64,000 bases of DNA, from NCBI RefSeq assembly GCF_009914755.1, contig NC_060925.1; one strand, written 5' to 3'. The stretch's first letter is position 1; each line of letters opens with the position of its first letter. The notes beneath the pieces were generated by a model that ran no database searches, was not told the DNA's origin, and worked only from the letters and a program-made list of their open reading frames with translations. The DNA comes from the human T2T-CHM13v2.0 reference genome, Homo sapiens. The position numbers were made by a program, and so were the translations under genes. Positions 58,890 through 64,000 of the stretch are shown one piece after another.

Positions 58890-59994
58890 TGACACAGGAT
58901 TTTTCTTGGTCACTTTGCCAGTCGGAGACCTCTGGTTGGTAACACCCCTGTCCGGGTTTTGCTGGGCCTGGGTTCATCACAGGAGATGCCCCACACTTGG
59001 CCTGCCAGTTCATGCCCGGTCTGCAGTTTGTCATGGATCCCACGGCCACTGTGACTGTGTATTCAACCTCTGGTTGGAGGTGGGGTGTGAGCAAGCAAGT
59101 GTGGGGTCTGGCCAGTTGTTCCAAGTGCTGACACAGAAGCAGGCTTTGTGCAGTGCTTGTTGCTGGACTAGGCATGTCTCAAGCCCACTCCTGTGATGGT
59201 CTCTGATGTCCAGATAGAGGACACAGCACCCAGGCAGGGGTGCTGTGACTCCGAAGCCCCTGAGGGGGTGTTACAGCATGCTAATTAGCTCAAGGGGCTG
59301 AAAGAGCTGTTAACACACCGCCATCTGGAATGGATGGCGGTGTGTTAACCACTCTTTCAGCCCCTTGCCCCAGTTTGGCCTGTGGCTGCAGGCCTGGCTC
59401 AGCCCCATTGCTGCTTTCTGTTGTGTGGGGCAGCTGCCCTCTGCCAGCAGAGGGCAGAGGGCCACAATGTTACAGCCTTCTGTGTACCCAGTTTCAGTGG
59501 GTCCTGAGTTCTTGTCCCATGACCAAGAAGAATAGGATCACGCTGAGAATTGAAGAGTGAGGAAGGTGGAGAATTTAATTGAGCAATGAAACAGATCTCA
59601 GCAGAGAGGGGACACAAGGGTGGTCCCCTACCCAAAGTCAGGTGGCCTCTCTCCCATTGTGGCTGGGTCCAGGGCTTTTATGGGCTCAGATTGGGGAGTG
59701 TATGCTGATTGGTTTGTGAGTATGCAAAAAGATTAAAACAAAGGCAACACTCAAAGTTGGGCATGACAGTGTAAAATGTTAATTAGGGAAGGGGAGGTAT
59801 ATGTAAAATAGGCGAAGGCTGGGGATCAATCAGAGGAAAGTGTGCCAAATGGGAAGACAGATTCTCAGTCCGGTTGGTGGATTTGACTTGTAACTTGTCT
59901 TTCAGGCTTTAAACTGCCTTTTGGCTTGAAGGTGGGGTTTCACTGGGGACCTGCCCCTGTCTGCCTAGGATTTGTCTGCCTCCTGCCACTGTCA
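58890..59994 (-). mobile_element. Solo ERV1 LTR (LTR27/LTR28/MER52 group) inserted in an L2
   Basis: TG...CA termini; minus-strand start tgacagtggcaggaggcagacaaatcctagg; TSD atag/atat; L2 sequence is continuous across it. Confidence 0.8.
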
Positions 59995-61189
59995 ATATAA
60001 AGATCCAGGGAAAGACTTTTCAAAGGATCAGCTAATGTAAAAGTTCTAAGATACGGACAAGCTTGGATTGTTGTTAGGATTGAATTCTTGCTATCCTTAT
60101 TGTTATTACCATAGTAATTATTTTTTCAGGATTTCCAGAGTAGTGGTAGATTAGGACACAGAAGCCACTTTTGCTGCTTCATTATTCCTGAACATTACTT
60201 GCATATTGTACTATAGGTTAGACTCTCTCATGCCTCATAGTGTTACATCAACAGCACAAAATGATAACAAGAAATAACACTTGTTATTACTGTGTACTGA
60301 GCATTTTTCTAAATACTTTACTTGCTTTTTGTGTCTGGCTTGGGACAGAATTTGGATTCAGAAAAGAGAGAGGTCTCAAGAAACAAGAGAGGAAGGAAAG
60401 TTAGAATGAATTGAGAGGAGCCATAATGGTAAAAAGACATGAAATGGTACTTCAGGTGAAGAGTTAAGGAGGAGCAGAAACTTTTCTCTTGATAAATCTG
60501 TTTTCCACATGCCAACTTCCTGTTTTTTATTTTCAGGCAAGAGATAGTTTGGAGAGAAGAGGCTTGCCCATAAGAAAAGGATAGGCTTCAGGTCAGGACA
60601 GGAGTTAGCTGTTCTCAGAAGTTTCTATGACTTGACTTTCGATACAGGGAAGTAAGCTACTTTTTTGATCTGTGCTAAGTGTAGGTTTGATATTAAAATA
60701 TCAAATGTTTTCTTGCCCTCTCCTCCAAATATCTTCTTTGCTTTTGAGTGCCTTGACATTCCTTTAAGTTGGAGACAAAACTTTTAATCAACTATTAAAG
60801 TTAAAAAGCATAAAAGGAAAATTCCTATTTGAAGATGCATGTTGGTTTAAACCTACTTAAATCAAAGTATGATCAGTCAGTAAATAACCAAAAGTAACCA
60901 AATAATAAGAATAACTATTCTAACTGCAGAAAGATGAAAATTAACAAGGTTGTGGAGTACTTATAAAGTTGTGAGAAAATATCTGTTGGGGGCATTTTCT
61001 TTTTTTTTTTAACTTAGTGCTTCTGATTAGCATTGGCGTTCTTTACTGTCACCTCTGCAGAGGTAAATAGAAGCTGCTTGGACATGTATTTTTTTTCATG
61101 TGATTTAATGTATCTGTAGCTTAGTGAGAATATTTGATTCTGTTACATGTTTTATATAGACATTCTTGTTGAAAATAACAGGTCTTGTA

Positions 61190-61350
61190 GGCAATGGTTC
61201 TCAATTCAGCTTTGCATCAGATTAACTTGTGAACCTTAAAAAAAAAAATCCAGATTCCTAAATCCTGCCCTAAGGATTAGGCATTAGTGTTTAAAATATA
61301 AAAAGCCTCAGGTCTGGTTTCCTCATTTATAGCCACTGTTGAGACTTGTA
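61190..61350. mobile_element. MER5-like hAT-Charlie element
   Basis: caatggttctcaa...tgcatcaga...aaaaaatccagattcct. Confidence 0.55.
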
Positions 61351-61849
61351 ACTTTAGAGAATTTATAGAGATATCAGCATATTGTACTTTGTATTTAATA
61401 TTTGATGATGGCATGCCATATTGAAAAAGGTTTTAGAATTTATTTGCATAAATGTGATGAATCTTTGTAATGTGACTTAGCCAACGCACATTTATTGAGC
61501 TCCTGTTTACATGTTGCTAAGCTGTAATGAATGCTAATATGAACCAGGCAATTTTCTTTACAAATACAGATTGATTTTTTAGTTATCTAAAATATGTGAA
61601 TATTGGGAACAAGTAGTGTATTTTAATAAAAATACACTTATTTGAAACTCAGTTTTTAGGTGCAATATTTAGATTCTATATGAGATCAAAGTAGTTCAGA
61701 TTCTGCTTGTATAGGAAACTAAGTGCAGATGAAATATTTTACCACTATTGTACAATTTTGTACTACAACATCAGAGTTGAGTTGTTTATACAAAACATTT
61801 GTCAACTTCTGAGAAAGACAGTTATATTGTTTGTAAATAAGAACAGTTT

Positions 61850-62260
61850 TATTTCCAATCTGTATACTTTTTCTTGCCGTAATGCACTGGACAGGGCTTC
61901 CATGGGATGTTGAATGAGAGTGGTGACAGTGGACTTTCTTCCTTCTTTCTCCATCTCAGGGGGAAATTATTCAGCCTTTTACCTTTAAACATAGTGTTAC
62001 TTGTAGATTTTTCTTAGATACTCTTTATCAGGTTGAGGAAACGTGCTTGTATTACTTGTTTACTGAGCATTTTTAACATGAATGAATGCTGAATTTTCTC
62101 AAATGCCCTTTATTTTGATTATGACATTAATTGATATGAACATAAGGTCTTTCTTCTTTAGTCTATTAATATAGTGGATTATGCTGATTGATTTTTCCAA
62201 TGTTGAACCAGCTTGGCATTCCCCAACTAAATCCTATTGGTTGTGATGTATTTTGTATGT
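61850..62260 (-). mobile_element. Old L1M ORF2 fragment
   Basis: atgttgaatgagagtggtgacagtgga and ttatcaggttgaggaa motifs. Confidence 0.75.
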
Positions 62261-62944
62261 GTATATGTATAAAATTTGTAATTTGGTTTATATATATTTG
62301 ATTTGAAATATATTTGAATATATATTTATTTGAAATTGTTTTATGTATATGTATAAAATGATTCGATTTGCTAATATATATAATTTATAATTTGATTAGC
62401 AAATTAAATCCATATATATTTATATATGTAACCCACATATATATTTTTATACATATAGCAAATATATCTTTAACAAAAAATATAACAACTATATCTGTGG
62501 CTACCTATCAGGGATGGGTATAATATAGGAAGGCATATTGGTATGCATGTGGTTCCCCAACTGTATACAGTTGTAAAAATTCTTTGAGCTATATACTTTA
62601 GGTTCGTGTAAGGTAGTCAGTTAAGAGTCTAGCATCACTTGCTTATCTGTCTGTCCTAGAACCTCTGGTGTCTCAGGTTTTTCTGATGAAAAGAAATTGA
62701 GTTCTCCAAAAATAATTAGTAGGTTTCATCATATTAGTTAAAAATAATACTAGAGGAACATAAATTTAGAATATCCTGTGAAGGACAGTGCACCTTAAAA
62801 GTTTTCAGAACCTCAGACATGCTGTAGATCAAACACAACACGCCATTCTTCATTGCAGCTCTTTTGAATGCATTATTTAAATACTATCTTTCAATGTTTC
62901 CTTCAGATTTCTAATACTTAAATATACTGTTATATTTTTCTCAG

Positions 62945-63086
62945 TCTGAGGGAAAAGGCCATACCAATGCTGGAGATGCAATATATGAGGTGGTGAGTCT
63001 ACAGCGAGAGTCTGACAAGGAGGAACCAGTCACTCCTACTAGTGGAGGGGGTCCAATGTCACCCCAGGATGATGAAGCAGAAGAGG
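62945..63086 (+). CDS. RABGAP1L: RABGAP1L coding exon F (142 nt, phase 0->1): [47 protein letters not shown]
   Basis: Acceptor tttttctcag|, donor AGG|GTAAGA; overlaps ORF 62990..63172; continues the frame from exon E. Confidence 0.96.
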
Positions 63087-63324
63087 GTAAGAAGTTGGAC
63101 TTACTCAGTTTATTCTGTCTGTATAGCTGCTTTACTTACAATCTTCAGAGGAGGTGTGTGTGTTGTGGGTAGAAGTGGTGGTTATTCCTAACCTCTGTTA
63201 CCATTAGGCCAAATTCTACAAGGTGCAGAAAAGAATTTGGTTCATTTGGTTCCTAAGTTGCATAGTCTCCAGTGCCACTTTTGCAACTATTTAAATTTGA
63301 CAGCATCACTTGGCTGCTGTTGTT

Positions 63325-63643
63325 TTCTATTTTATTTCAATTATTTTTATTTTTTATTTTCTTGAGATAGAGTCTCCCCTGTCACCCAGGTTGGAGTGCA
63401 GTGGAAAATCTCGGCTCCCTGCAACCTCTGCCTCCCGGGTTCAAACAATTCTCCTGCCTCAGCCTCCTGAGTAGCCAGATACAGGTGTGCGCCACCATGC
63501 TTGGCTACTTTTTTTTGTATTTTTAGTAGAGATGGGGTTTCGCCATGTTGGCCAGGCTTGTCTCAAACTCCTGACCTCAAGTAATCTGCCCGCCTCAGCC
63601 TACCAAAGTGCTGGGATTACAGGCGTGAGCCACTGCACCTGCC
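63325..63643 (-). mobile_element. AluS
   Basis: Dimer. Confidence 0.92.
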
Positions 63644-63734
63644 CTCAATTAATTTTTTAAATTTTTTAGTTGTAATTATAGCCTTTTTTTTCTATTTTAT
63701 TTTTTCTATTTTATTCTTTGCATATATATATATA

Positions 63735-64000
63735 TTTTTAATACTTTAAGTTCTAGGGTACATGTGCACAACGTGCAGGTTTGTTACATATGTATACATG
63801 TGCCATGTTGGTGTGCTGCACCCATTAACTCGTCATTTATATTAGGTATCTCTCCTAATGCTATCCCTCCCCCCTCCTCCCACCCTATAACAGGCCGCAG
63901 TGTGTGATGTTCCCTTCCTGTGTCCAAGTGTTCTCATTGTTCACTTCTCACCTATGAGTGAGAACATGCGGTGTTTGGTTTTTTGCCCTTGCAATAGTTT
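63735..64000 (-). mobile_element. L1PA (L1PA4-6-like) 3' end, runs off the window
   Basis: tactttaagttctagggtacatgtgcacaacgtgcagg. Confidence 0.93.

Noticed and set aside
58681-59175. 164-aa minus-strand ORF
   Set aside because: It runs across an LTR, a (GAAT)n tract and an Alu; a chance fusion.
55187-59994. Single provirus with two different LTRs (both preceded by CATAG)
   Set aside because: The right LTR has its own TSD (atag/atat) and interrupts a continuous L2; no PBS recognised.

Overview
Primate genomic DNA (human or a close great ape, judging by AluY, L1PA and LTR12 content). It is an internal part of RABGAP1L (RAB GTPase-activating protein 1-like, TBC1D18) on the + strand. Six coding exons (8421-8578, 10426-10536, 30359-30425, 33778-33880, 36557-36723, 62945-63086; 748 nt) have canonical AG/GT ends and compatible phases. 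They splice into one open frame, VSRILYSFCTAF...SPQDDEAEE, running from the end of the PTB domain through the central kinesin-like/DUF3694 region to the acidic linker before the TBC domain. The rest is intron: about 29 Alus (mostly antisense), L1/L2/MIR fragments, DNA transposons (MER2, Tigger-type, MER104, MER96, MER5) and several ERV LTRs. Nearly all ORF-track entries are repeat-derived or spurious. I cannot support a new multi-gene system here. The best leads are: exon-like, repeat-poor sequence in the first 2.7 kb, including an in-frame 24-nt candidate microexon; an exon that starts with a strong 5' splice site; an ERV fragment that looks like an L1-retroposed RNA; templated or fold-back insertion scars near 11.4-11.9 kb; and candidate poison exons. 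Repeat subfamily names are from memory of consensus sequences, and repeat boundaries are approximate.
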